From an uncultured Bdellovibrionales bacterium (GTDB lineage Bacteria; Patescibacteriota; Minisyncoccia; Moranbacterales; DUUL01), in assembly GCA_964346295.1 (NCBI GenBank), contig CAYFUG010000004.1, positions 532 to 64,531 of the forward strand: DNA of 64,000 nt, in the 5' to 3' direction. The translations under genes were made by a program, and so were the position numbers. This document shows positions 28,907 to 37,204 of this stretch, in pieces (within the stretch, counting starts at the first letter, position 1; every line of letters begins with the position of its first letter). The notes under the pieces were generated by a model, which did not search any database, was not told the DNA's origin, and saw only the letters and a list, made by a program, of their open reading frames with translations.

Positions 28907-29129
28907 GCCTTGTCAAGCTAAGAAAAGGGTAAAACTCCGAAGCTTGAAGAACTGAAAGGTTCTAGCCAAATAAGAATAGTTGGCTCTTAGTACATTATAT
29001 CGAGAATAACCACACAACACAAACCACAGGAAAGTTTCTTGCAAGGCTTTTCTAGAGGTGTTTTTTGTGTTGTGGAAACATTCTCTAGCAAGAGCCCTGC
29101 AAAAAACTCTCCTATCACGGGGAGTTTTT

Positions 29130-29154
29130 TGTTCTTTGAAAACTCAGAAATCAG
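29130..29154 (+). promoter_or_regulatory. boxA-like antitermination motif (module 2, leader copy)
   Basis: TGTTCTTTGAAAACTCAGAAATCAG. Preceded by a terminator-like hairpin at 29101-29130. Confidence 0.6.
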
Positions 29155-29172
29155 TAAAGTGGTTTTCTCCTA

Positions 29173-29251
29173 GGGCTTTTGTCCTTGGTAGGCAGCTTAG
29201 TGCTTATGAAAGTTTGTAAGCGCTGAGCTGTTTATCAAGCAAGGAAAGCCC
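29173..29251 (+). promoter_or_regulatory. 79-nt imperfect hairpin after boxA (RNase III-like)
   Basis: GGGCTTT...CCTTG...CAGCTTAGTGCTTAT-GAAAG-...GTAAGCGCTGAGCTG...CAAGG...AAAGCCC. Confidence 0.6.
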
Positions 29252-29335
29252 GGGCGTCCTAGTCACCGGGAAATTTTACAAAAAAATTATCCGGGCTGTA
29301 CTAGGCAGCCCATTTTTCAGAAAAGGAGAAAGACC

Positions 29336-29785
29336 ATGAAGAAGAATTTCAAACTCGTTCCCGGATCCAAAGGTGCTCGCCGCTCCTTCGCCGTTACTTG
29401 TGGCCTGCAAGAGGGCTACGAAGACGGAACCCTTCACACTTTCCAGGAGGCCGTTGAGGTTGCCTTGGAATGGATGAGGGGGCGGGCCGCCGCCGGTGAG
29501 CAGTACTTGACTGGGACCTTCGTCCAGGGTGAGGTGGTGTTTGCCTGGCCCGAAGGCCCTGGCAAGGCCGGTGGCGGTCACGAGGCGACGGTGATTTACC
29601 AGGGCGAGGTCAGCCCGATCTACAACGCGGGCATGACCGATGAAGAGGCCGTCGAGATCCTCAATGACCTGGCGGCCCATCTGGGGACCGCTCTGGGCCA
29701 GACCCGGGTCTATGTCGCCTTGTGCGACCAGATCTGGATTCTCCAGGCGGAAGAGACGGAAACCCCCACCGGGGAGACCGTCTAG
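29336..29785 (+). CDS. GC-rich cargo protein 2a (149 aa), unknown function
   Basis: AAAGGAGAAAGACC-ATG. GC3-rich. Antisense shadow ORFs are present. Confidence 0.75.
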   Translation: MKKNFKLVPGSKGARRSFAVTCGLQEGYEDGTLHTFQEAVEVALEWMRGRAAAGEQYLTGTFVQGEVVFAWPEGPGKAGGGHEATVIYQGEVSPIYNAGMTDEEAVEILNDLAAHLGTALGQTRVYVALCDQIWILQAEETETPTGETV

Positions 29786-30072
29786 CGGCCGTTTTTCTGT
29801 CCCCCTTCAATTTGCTTTTGGCATTTAGGAGGGGGCAGCGCTGATTTCTGAGTAAGAGGGTTCAAGGAAGGCGGATTCACATTGTGCGTCCGCCTCCTTT
29901 TCTCAAATCTCAAGTTTAATTGAGGTTTGAGATGAAGGATTGCACCTTGAAAAATTTTCCCTATTTCTCCTTTCAATTGCCTTTTTTCACTTAGTGAAAA
30001 CAAATCCAACTTCGTTGATTGAAGTGAGGCAATTGACGATTTTCAACTGAAAAAAGGGAGAGGAGAAGGGGC

Positions 30073-30513
30073 ATGAAAATTCGAGTCAGGGATCCCAAAG
30101 AGGCGGCCGCCATTACCGGTGGCTGCACCTTTGAACCGGCTATCGGTTGGTGGACCTATACCGACCAGCCGGAAGAGCACGGAAGGCTGGGGCGGCTGTT
30201 TGAGGGGGAGCGGGATGCTTTATATATCCCCACACTCCAGAAAAATGGTCAGCCGGTGGCGGAAGAGGCCATTGCCCGCTTTAAGGTGCGAGCCAAGGAG
30301 TTGGGTTTTGGTGAAATCTCCGGAGCCTCCGGTATGTGGATTTTGTCCGACACGGGGGAGGCCCAGGTCGAGTACATCTGGATCTGTTGGGCTTCCCAAG
30401 TTTCGGATGAGACGCGGTCTCAGATGGCCGCGTTGGCAGAGGAAATCAAAGCCGCCACTAACCAGGACTGCGTGGCCTGGGAAAACGGCGGCCAGCTATT
30501 TTTCACGGGATAA
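30073..30513 (+). CDS. GC-rich cargo protein 2b (146 aa), unknown function
   Basis: GGGAGAGGAGAAGGGGC-ATG. Confidence 0.75.
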   Translation: MKIRVRDPKEAAAITGGCTFEPAIGWWTYTDQPEEHGRLGRLFEGERDALYIPTLQKNGQPVAEEAIARFKVRAKELGFGEISGASGMWILSDTGEAQVEYIWICWASQVSDETRSQMAALAEEIKAATNQDCVAWENGGQLFFTG

Positions 30514-30526
30514 GGAGGAGACACTT

Positions 30527-31306
30527 ATGAAACGGATTTTTGTTGTCCCTATCAACGATGGGGAGGCGGTAGAGATTAGGAATCTCCTACAGGATGGCGG
30601 TGAAGTGGTTGTGGAAAGCGTCCTCCGTTGGGGAGCCCGATGGGAGAAGCTGGAACCGGAGGTGGTGGCGGAGATCGAAAGGCTTCGCTCCCTTAATCCG
30701 GGAGTTCAGATCTACGGCGTGGAGCTGGCCGGCCCCAATCAGTGGGGGGCTCGCAACATCGACCACCACAAGTACCAGGATGAGGATCGGAGTAATTCCA
30801 AGTCCTCCCTGGAGCAAGTGGCGGAGTTGTTGGGCGTCCAGCTGACCCGGCACCAATTTTTGGTTTCGGAGAATGACAAGGGTTGGATCCCGGCGCTAAT
30901 AGCGGCCGGAGCCAGTCCCGACGAGATCGAACTGGTGCGGGCGCAGGATCGCCAGGCCCAGGGGGTTACCCCTGACGACGAAGCCCAGGCTCTTCGGGAT
31001 ATCGAGGCGGCCCAGTGGCAAGGTCGGAAGGTCTGGCTCCAGTGTCTCAAGGGGGCCACCTCGGCCCACACTGACCGGCTCTTTGGTCAGTTTGACGAAG
31101 CCCTGACGGTGGATGGGGTCAACGGAAAGTGGATCTATTTTGGTCCGCGATCCGAAGATTTCTTCGCCCTCACCGAAGGGGGCACCGAAGGGATACGCTG
31201 GAAAAGCCCTCGACCAGGGGGGTACTCCGGGGCGGAAAAGCCCCAGGAGGAGACCCAGGAAGCAATCCGGAATTTTTTTGGGAGTAATTCCCTTACCTCT
31301 TTTTAG
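30527..31306 (+). CDS. GC-rich cargo protein 2c (259 aa), contains NIDHH motif; unknown function
   Basis: Start taken at the ATG after TAAGGAGGAGACACTT, 14 nt after the 2b stop. The track ORF 30119-31306 has an implausible N-terminal extension that overlaps 2b. Confidence 0.75.
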   Translation: MKRIFVVPINDGEAVEIRNLLQDGGEVVVESVLRWGARWEKLEPEVVAEIERLRSLNPGVQIYGVELAGPNQWGARNIDHHKYQDEDRSNSKSSLEQVAELLGVQLTRHQFLVSENDKGWIPALIAAGASPDEIELVRAQDRQAQGVTPDDEAQALRDIEAAQWQGRKVWLQCLKGATSAHTDRLFGQFDEALTVDGVNGKWIYFGPRSEDFFALTEGGTEGIRWKSPRPGGYSGAEKPQEETQEAIRNFFGSNSLTSF

Positions 31307-31457
31307 CTAAGACGCACTAAGGAGAAGGACAAAATCAGCGTCGGGTTCAGATGGGCTGGCGAGAACCTCGTTAGCCCATCCTTTCCTAGTTCAGCACTAA
31401 AGTGGTGGTGGGCTAAGAAGGGATTAACGAAAAATCACCAAAAAAGGAGGCCCCAAA

Positions 31458-32003
31458 GTGTCTTTAACAAAAGAGCAATTCTCCAGATTAGCGAAGGTAG
31501 CGCTCCAGGTGGCAAAAGAGCGGGGCCAGAGCTTTTACGGGTGGGTTAATCCGCCTCAAATAGAGAGTGGAAAATTGACCCATGACTCCGGAAAAGGACC
31601 CCAGAAGATTTCTCCGGAAGAATCCCTGGCGATTTATAAGAGGAAGCTGGACGGGGTCTATGGGGAGAGATTCATTACCTCTTTGGGCACAATAGCTGCT
31701 TTGATAGCCAATGGCTATTCGGTGCGGCTGGTGCAGTTTTACAAGGAGGTAGGCCTGCCTTTTGACGCGGAGGGTTGGCTAGTGGTGATAATCGAAACCA
31801 TGCCAATTTTCCATGTTTCGCCGGGGGATCTGCGCCTGGAGCAGGTGGCGGATCTGGTTGAGGTGCTAGATGACAATCAAGCGCCCGATGTCTGCCACAA
31901 GGGCACCGACAAGCCGGGAGAGTTTGCGGCTCTTTTGCAGGGCTCTCTTTCTCCGGAGTTGGATTTGGTCAAGATTGCCCAGGAAAACAGTGGCAATTTT
32001 TGA
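31458..32003 (+). CDS. GC-rich cargo protein 2d (181 aa), unknown function
   Basis: AAAAAGGAGGCCCCAAA-GTG start. Confidence 0.7.
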   Translation: MSLTKEQFSRLAKVALQVAKERGQSFYGWVNPPQIESGKLTHDSGKGPQKISPEESLAIYKRKLDGVYGERFITSLGTIAALIANGYSVRLVQFYKEVGLPFDAEGWLVVIIETMPIFHVSPGDLRLEQVADLVEVLDDNQAPDVCHKGTDKPGEFAALLQGSLSPELDLVKIAQENSGNF

Positions 32004-32037
32004 TTCTGTCTACTTTCGATTTTCGTTCATTTCCAAT

Positions 32038-32084
32038 GGATCAGGTGTCATTGTGCATCTGATCCGGAATTCTGAGCTTAGCTC
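32038..32084 (+). promoter_or_regulatory. Conserved trailer element: hairpin plus CCGGAATTCTGAGCTT
   Basis: GGATCAGGTG...CATCTGATCC hairpin, then CCGGAATTCTGAGCTTAGCTC. Homologous to 60573-60616. Partly complementary to the transcript 5' end at 28914-28924. Confidence 0.5.
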
Positions 32085-32103
32085 TATTAAGAGGTAGGTT
32101 CAG

Positions 32104-32128
32104 CGTTCTTTAAAAACTCAGAAATCAG
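32104..32128 (+). promoter_or_regulatory. boxA-like motif (module 2, internal spacer copy)
   Basis: CGTTCTTTAAAAACTCAGAAATCAG. Confidence 0.55.
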
Positions 32129-32269
32129 GAAAATCCAACTTTCTATCTTTTCTCTTTGTCTTCTAAAAGTTGTTGGTTACCCGAGAGAATTTAATCTAGT
32201 TAATGAACTGAATTAGCCAGTTAAGTTTTTTTGGGCAACCAACAACCAAGGAAAGAGAAGGAGGAAGAC

Positions 32270-32518
32270 ATGAGATACCAAGGAGCGAGAGAATACAAGG
32301 GCCAGAGGGTGGAAATCCAGCTGCGGGCTGGGGGCAATAATCCCGGAAACGCCTCGGTAACGCTGGTTATCAAAATGGATGGCCAGGAGGTTTTTCGGAG
32401 AAGTGCCGGCCGAGACGGAATGGGCCAGGTGGAAGCCCTGGCCGTGGCTGAAGTGGCCAAGGTCCAAGAGTTGGGCGAAGAAATATATATCGTCCAGTTC
32501 AATGCCGAAGCTATCTAG
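32270..32518 (+). CDS. GC-rich cargo protein 2e (82 aa), unknown function
   Basis: GAAGGAGGAAGAC-ATG. The track ORF starts at an upstream TTG. Confidence 0.65.
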   Translation: MRYQGAREYKGQRVEIQLRAGGNNPGNASVTLVIKMDGQEVFRRSAGRDGMGQVEALAVAEVAKVQELGEEIYIVQFNAEAI

Positions 32519-32703
32519 CCCTTACCTTAGAATTTTTTTGATTTCTAGGCCCTCTCCATCAGGCCTCCTGCGAAGTTAGCAGGTTTTAAAAATTTGGATG
32601 GTAGTCCGAGCGGCGGAAATGACTCAAAACTATCCGCAAAATTAGCCCTGACAATCAGGGCCGGCCGAGGCAAGCGCAATGCCGCTTTAGCCTAAGAGGC
32701 CAC

Positions 32704-32836
32704 CAAAAGGCCCGAAAGAGTCTGGCCAACGCGCTAAATCTTTCGGAGGGACGAACTTGTTGAACACAACATTTTCGTCCCCTCTACTAGCAACTTAATT
32801 TGAGACTTGATCTTTTATTGAGTTGCTTGAGAGAAT
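32704..32836 (+). repeat. 133-bp direct repeat, copy 1 (structured element flanking cargo gene 2f)
   Basis: 131/133 identical to 34003-34135. Contains GGCCCGAAAGAGTCTGGCC and GAGGGACGAA...TTCGTCCCCTC hairpins. Confidence 0.9.
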
Positions 32837-32852
32837 CTATTTTGAAAGGCGA

Positions 32853-32864
32853 GTTCTTTGAAAT
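32853..32864 (+). promoter_or_regulatory. Short boxA-core-like string
   Basis: GTTCTTTGAAAT. Only the core is conserved. Confidence 0.35.
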
Positions 32865-32924
32865 ATATCCAAAGCTTCATTGTAATCTTTGGGTACTTCA
32901 ACCAAACCAGAAAAGGGGGATGCC

Positions 32925-33971
32925 ATGGGTAAATTTCAGGAAATCACACTGGAATTATTGTTGGAAAATGAAGTTTTGAGGAAGTATCTTCTCAAGGCAA
33001 GAATTGGTCCAGCTAAAAAAGGCGACGGTGCTTTTGTGGGGACTTATGATATTGCCCCGAAGGAGTTTCGGAGTTTTGGAATTGTTTTGCCCAGGGGCGG
33101 GATGATTATTCCAGGGGCAGATCCTGTCAAGTTAAAGGAAATGGTCAAGGAGCCTGAGCGCCGGCGTGAGGCGGAGGACTTGGCAAATCGTCGTGCTGTT
33201 GAAAAAGATTATCTCAATCAGGTGAAAGAGATAATTGCTGAAGCTGGCCTCACGGATATTGAAGTGGTGGAAGAAGACGGAGTGGACTTCCATAGTATCG
33301 GCGCCACCAGCTGGCACAAGAGCTTTTTGGTAAGAGAAGGAGAGAAAATCTTCAGTCTTCACAGCGAAGAGGAGCCGTATCGTGGCTTAGATGACGATGG
33401 TTCGTACGAGCCGTGGAGGACGGAGTTTACTCCGTTGGAAGAGGTGAAATCCTTCCTTGAAGAGGAGGCGCGTCTTGTTGGTCCGAGAAAAATGTTTGCT
33501 GATCGGATCAGGCGGCTTATTGATATAAGCCACAATGTTGGTCAGCAAGGGCCAGATGAAACTGGCTGGGATCGCCCTCGAGTGGAATTATTTTTGTACG
33601 ATGACTATAAAAAAGGCAGGGACTGGGGTTTTTTCGGTCATCGTTGTCAGGGTATCTCTTCGGCCCACAGGATTTACTATCGAAAAAAACTCTATGAGAT
33701 TACCGAAGAAGGCATTTCTCGCCTTGAGTATGAAATCGGAGAAAGGGAGGAGGCGCTAGAAGCAAGACGAGCGATGCTCAAAAGACTCTTCGAAGAGAAG
33801 GGCAGAGTTTTTGAGGAACTCAAAGAAGAGAAAGATTGCTATGCCGGAAAGTCACTGGCAACCGGCAAGGCAAAGTACGATGAGTGGACTGAAACGCGCT
33901 ACTTTCTCGGCGACACAGAAGTTACCGAGGAAGAGCGTGATTGGCTGAAGGGCTTACCTAAGGATAATTAG
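32925..33971 (+). CDS. Cargo protein 2f (348 aa), Glu/Arg-rich, unknown function
   Basis: AAAAGGGGGATGCC-ATG. The track start at 32889 is a TTG. Confidence 0.75.
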   Translation: MGKFQEITLELLLENEVLRKYLLKARIGPAKKGDGAFVGTYDIAPKEFRSFGIVLPRGGMIIPGADPVKLKEMVKEPERRREAEDLANRRAVEKDYLNQVKEIIAEAGLTDIEVVEEDGVDFHSIGATSWHKSFLVREGEKIFSLHSEEEPYRGLDDDGSYEPWRTEFTPLEEVKSFLEEEARLVGPRKMFADRIRRLIDISHNVGQQGPDETGWDRPRVELFLYDDYKKGRDWGFFGHRCQGISSAHRIYYRKKLYEITEEGISRLEYEIGEREEALEARRAMLKRLFEEKGRVFEELKEEKDCYAGKSLATGKAKYDEWTETRYFLGDTEVTEEERDWLKGLPKDN

Positions 33972-34002
33972 TGGATAAGGCCCTCAAGACTCTTCAAATT
34001 TT

Positions 34003-34135
34003 CAAAAGGCCCGAAAGAGCCTGGCCAACGCGCCAAATCTTTCGGAGGGACGAACTTGTTGAACACAACATTTTCGTCCCCTCTACTAGCAACTTAATTT
34101 GAGACTTGATCTTTTATTGAGTTGCTTGAGAGAAT
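34003..34135 (+). repeat. 133-bp direct repeat, copy 2
   Basis: See 32704-32836. There are two substitutions between the copies. Confidence 0.9.
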
Positions 34136-34169
34136 TTTGATAGATCTTAGGAAAGTTAATAGATACAGC

Positions 34170-34204
34170 AAAAAAGCGCCGGTATTAGTCCCGGCGCTTT
34201 TTTA
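34170..34204. terminator. Strong bidirectional intrinsic terminator (end of module 2; also downstream of gyrA)
   Basis: AAAAAAGCGCCGG-TATTAGTC-CCGGCGCTTTTTT. Confidence 0.8.
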
Positions 34205-34243
34205 TTCTACTGCTTTTAGCTATTCAATTCCCCTAATCCCTCC

Positions 34244-34363
34244 TCCTTTGCTAAAGCTATGGTCGGCAGGCTTTTGTAAGGGGGTTGCTGAGCAGGGAAA
34301 GGCTAAGATCTCTTGACTTCCTCCTTCGTCAAAACTTCGGAGGACAAGACGCTCGGGATGACA
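34244..34363. repeat. Two adjacent family-A short repeats
   Basis: CCTCCTTTGCTAAAGCTATGGTCGGCAGGCTTTTGTAAGGGGG resembles the mnmA-internal copies. CTTCGTCAAAACTTCGGAGGACAAGACGCTCGGGATGACA resembles 42283-42322. Confidence 0.5.
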
Positions 34364-34373
34364 AAGAAAAAAA

Positions 34374-36866
34374 CTACAATACGGCGCTGGCGGCAATCTT
34401 TTCATTTTTCTTAAGCCGCATAATGCGCACTCCTTGAGTAGCGCGATTAAGGACAGAAATCTTGTCAATGGGAGTGCGAATGATTTGTCCTCGGTTAGAG
34501 CTAACAATCAAATCCGCTTTTTCTTCTTGATCTTCTTGAGTGATGACATGAGCCGCTACCAAGGGGCCGGTTTTTTCCGTCACGAAAGCAGTTTTAATGC
34601 CGCTACCAGCGCGAGACTGAGTTTTGTAGCGCTTGAGGGGAGTTCGTTTGCCGTAGCCGTTTTCCATCAGCACTAGCAATTGATCTTCTTTTTTAGCACC
34701 CGCTTCTTCTTTTCTCTTGCGGATCACGCTCATACTGACAATTTCATCCTCCTTCTTAAGGCGGATAGCTTTGACACCAGCGGCAACTCGCCCCATGGGA
34801 CGAGCCTGACTTTCTTTAAAGCGAATTGATTGGCCCTGGTGAGTAGTCAAGATTAAGTCATCGGTGCCATCGGTGAGACCGACCCAACCCAAGGCGTCAT
34901 CTTCGTCCAAGCGAATAGCGATCATGCCTCCGCGACGCACATTCTCAAAATCCTTGAGGGCGGTTTTTTTGATTTTGCCCTTACGAGTTTGCATCACCAT
35001 GTATTGACACCGGGTATCTTTGGAGACAGCTAGGATGGAAGTTATCTTTTCATCTGGGGAGATTTGAATAAAATTGACAATTGCCTGACCTTTGGCGGTA
35101 CGGGAAGACGGGGGAATTTCGTAAGTTTTCAATTTAAAGACTTGGCCACCACTAGTGAAGAAAAACAGATCGTCGTGAGTCATAGTGGCGAGTACTTTGT
35201 CTACGGCGTCGCCTTCTTTAATATTGCCGCCGGCCACTCCTTGACCACCGCGTTTTTGGCTGCGCAAAATGGTGGGGGCGATGCGTTTAATGTAACCATC
35301 CTCAGTAAAGCTGATAATAGTCTCTTCGTTGGCTACCAAATCCTCTTGAGAAAATTCTCCGGCATTGGAATCGATAATTTTAGTGCGGCGTTCGTCGCCG
35401 TACTTCTTTTTGATCTCTAGGAGTTCCTCTTTGATGATACTCAAGATTTTTTGAGGGTCGGCTAGGATAGTTTCTAATTCTTCAATTAGTTTTAGCTTTT
35501 CCGCTAGCTCTTCCTCAATTTTTTGGCGCTCTAGACCGGCGAGGGTTTGCAAGCGCATCTCCAAAATTGCTTCGGCTTGCCGGTCGGAAAATTTGAATTT
35601 GGCCACTAAGTTCTCGTGAGCCTTTTCTTTGGTAGCGGATCCTCGAATAGTCTCAATTACCTCATTAATGTGATCCAGAGCTTTCTTGAGTCCTTCCAGA
35701 ATGTGAGCTCGCTCCTGGGCCTTCCTTAATTCAAATTCAGTACGGCGAGTAACTACCGTTTGGCGGTGAGCTACATAATATTCCAGCACCGACTTCAAGT
35801 TCAGCACTCGGGGCTCCAGGCCATCCACCAAGGCCAGCATATTCAAATGGAAAGTTTTTTGTAGCTCGGTCATAGAGTAGAGCTGGTTTAAAACTTTCTT
35901 GGGAAAAGTATCTTTTTTGAGCTCGACTACAATTCGGACACCATCCTTGTCAGATTCGTCTCGTAAGTCTTTAATGCCTTCAATTTTACCGGTCTTTACT
36001 AACTGGGCAATTTTTTGAATCAGAGTTGCTTTGTTAGTTTGGTAGGTAACTTCGCTTACTACAATTTGGAATTGACCGTTTTTAACTTCCACAATATCTG
36101 CCTGAGCCCTTGTAACCATGCCGCCTCGACCCGTGGAATAAGCGTTCAAAATGTCCTGGCGATTATAGAGAATGCCAGAGGTGGGAAAGTCGGGACCTTG
36201 AATGTATTTAACTAATTCTTCAATGGTGATATCGGGGTTTTCAATATAAGCAGTGATACCATCCACTAGCTCGCTCAGATTATGAGGAGGAATATTGGTA
36301 GCCATCCCAACCGCGATTCCTAGGGCGCCATTCAAAAGTAATTGAGGAAGTTTGGCGGGTAAGGTGGCTGGTTCTTTGCGAGTTCCGTCGTAGTTTTCTT
36401 TCCAATCCACAGTCTCTTTCTCAATATCAAAGAGCATTTCGTCGGAAATAGATTGAAGCTTAGCCTCGGTGTAACGCATGGCGGCTGGGTTGTCGCCGTC
36501 CATAGAACCAAAGTTTCCTTGGCCTTCTACTAGAGGGTAGCGCAAAGAGAAATCTTGAGCCATGCGAACCATGGCAATGTAAACAGAAGCGTCGCCGTGA
36601 GGATGATATTTACCCAATACCTCACCGACTACGGTGGCGCTTTTGCGGAATTTGGCACTAGAACGCAGACCCAGCTTCCACATGGCATATAAGATGCGGC
36701 GTTGCACCGGCTTGAGGCCATCCCGGACATCCGGCAGGGCGCGGGTAACAATTACGCTCATGGCATAAGAGAGATAGGATTCTTCCATTTCCGAGACAAT
36801 GGGGCGAGGTTGGACTTTTCCGATATTGCTAGTTTCGTTGGATTCGTTTTGGTTGTTGGGTTGCAT
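34374..36866 (-). CDS. gyrA: DNA gyrase subunit A
   Basis: [37 protein letters not shown] and AAMRYTE motifs, plus C-terminal beta-pinwheel repeats. Confidence 0.97.
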   Translation of the reverse strand: MQPNNQNESNETSNIGKVQPRPIVSEMEESYLSYAMSVIVTRALPDVRDGLKPVQRRILYAMWKLGLRSSAKFRKSATVVGEVLGKYHPHGDASVYIAMVRMAQDFSLRYPLVEGQGNFGSMDGDNPAAMRYTEAKLQSISDEMLFDIEKETVDWKENYDGTRKEPATLPAKLPQLLLNGALGIAVGMATNIPPHNLSELVDGITAYIENPDITIEELVKYIQGPDFPTSGILYNRQDILNAYSTGRGGMVTRAQADIVEVKNGQFQIVVSEVTYQTNKATLIQKIAQLVKTGKIEGIKDLRDESDKDGVRIVVELKKDTFPKKVLNQLYSMTELQKTFHLNMLALVDGLEPRVLNLKSVLEYYVAHRQTVVTRRTEFELRKAQERAHILEGLKKALDHINEVIETIRGSATKEKAHENLVAKFKFSDRQAEAILEMRLQTLAGLERQKIEEELAEKLKLIEELETILADPQKILSIIKEELLEIKKKYGDERRTKIIDSNAGEFSQEDLVANEETIISFTEDGYIKRIAPTILRSQKRGGQGVAGGNIKEGDAVDKVLATMTHDDLFFFTSGGQVFKLKTYEIPPSSRTAKGQAIVNFIQISPDEKITSILAVSKDTRCQYMVMQTRKGKIKKTALKDFENVRRGGMIAIRLDEDDALGWVGLTDGTDDLILTTHQGQSIRFKESQARPMGRVAAGVKAIRLKKEDEIVSMSVIRKRKEEAGAKKEDQLLVLMENGYGKRTPLKRYKTQSRAGSGIKTAFVTEKTGPLVAAHVITQEDQEEKADLIVSSNRGQIIRTPIDKISVLNRATQGVRIMRLKKNEKIAASAVL

Positions 36867-37204
36867 TGGGCTAGTTGTCTAGTTTTTAGTTTATGGTTGG
36901 TAGTTTTAGGCTGGATCTATTAGAGATGCAGAGTGAATCTATTATTGAGTTGTCTGATAATGTATATGTCTAGGAGCACAGATTTGTAAGTTACTATAAA
37001 AATTGGCAAAAAAGTCTGATACAAGGTCTGATATTAAGTGAAGTTAATTTAGTTTAATTTTAGTCTAAAAACACCAAAAAAATCTCCAGAATCAACTTTT
37101 AATTCTGGTGGCTAGCAGAGGCTTAATTACGGTAAGGTATTTTTTAAATTTATCAATTAAATCAATCTCTCCGAATTCTTTCTTAGAGGCAATTGATAAC
37201 TCAA

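Noticed and set aside
30119-30526. N-terminal 136 codons of the 395-aa track ORF 30119-31306.
   Set aside because: This stretch overlaps the SD-led ORF 30073-30513 in another frame and translates to an Arg/Pro/Ser-rich low-complexity string. A perfect TAAGGAGG SD precedes the internal ATG at 30527.
28878-34204. GC-rich islands as assembly chimeras or contamination.
   Set aside because: Three separate loci share the same AT-rich promoter, leader, boxA and trailer sequences, contiguous with the GC-rich ORFs. The SDs and first codons are AT-rich and grade into GC-rich sequence within single ORFs. This cannot be fully excluded without read mapping.
34122-34507. ORFs 34122-34316 (+) and 34220-34507 (-).
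   Set aside because: They lie on the terminator and on family-A repeat copies and overlap the gyrA 3' end. Their translations are the typical repeat-derived peptides.
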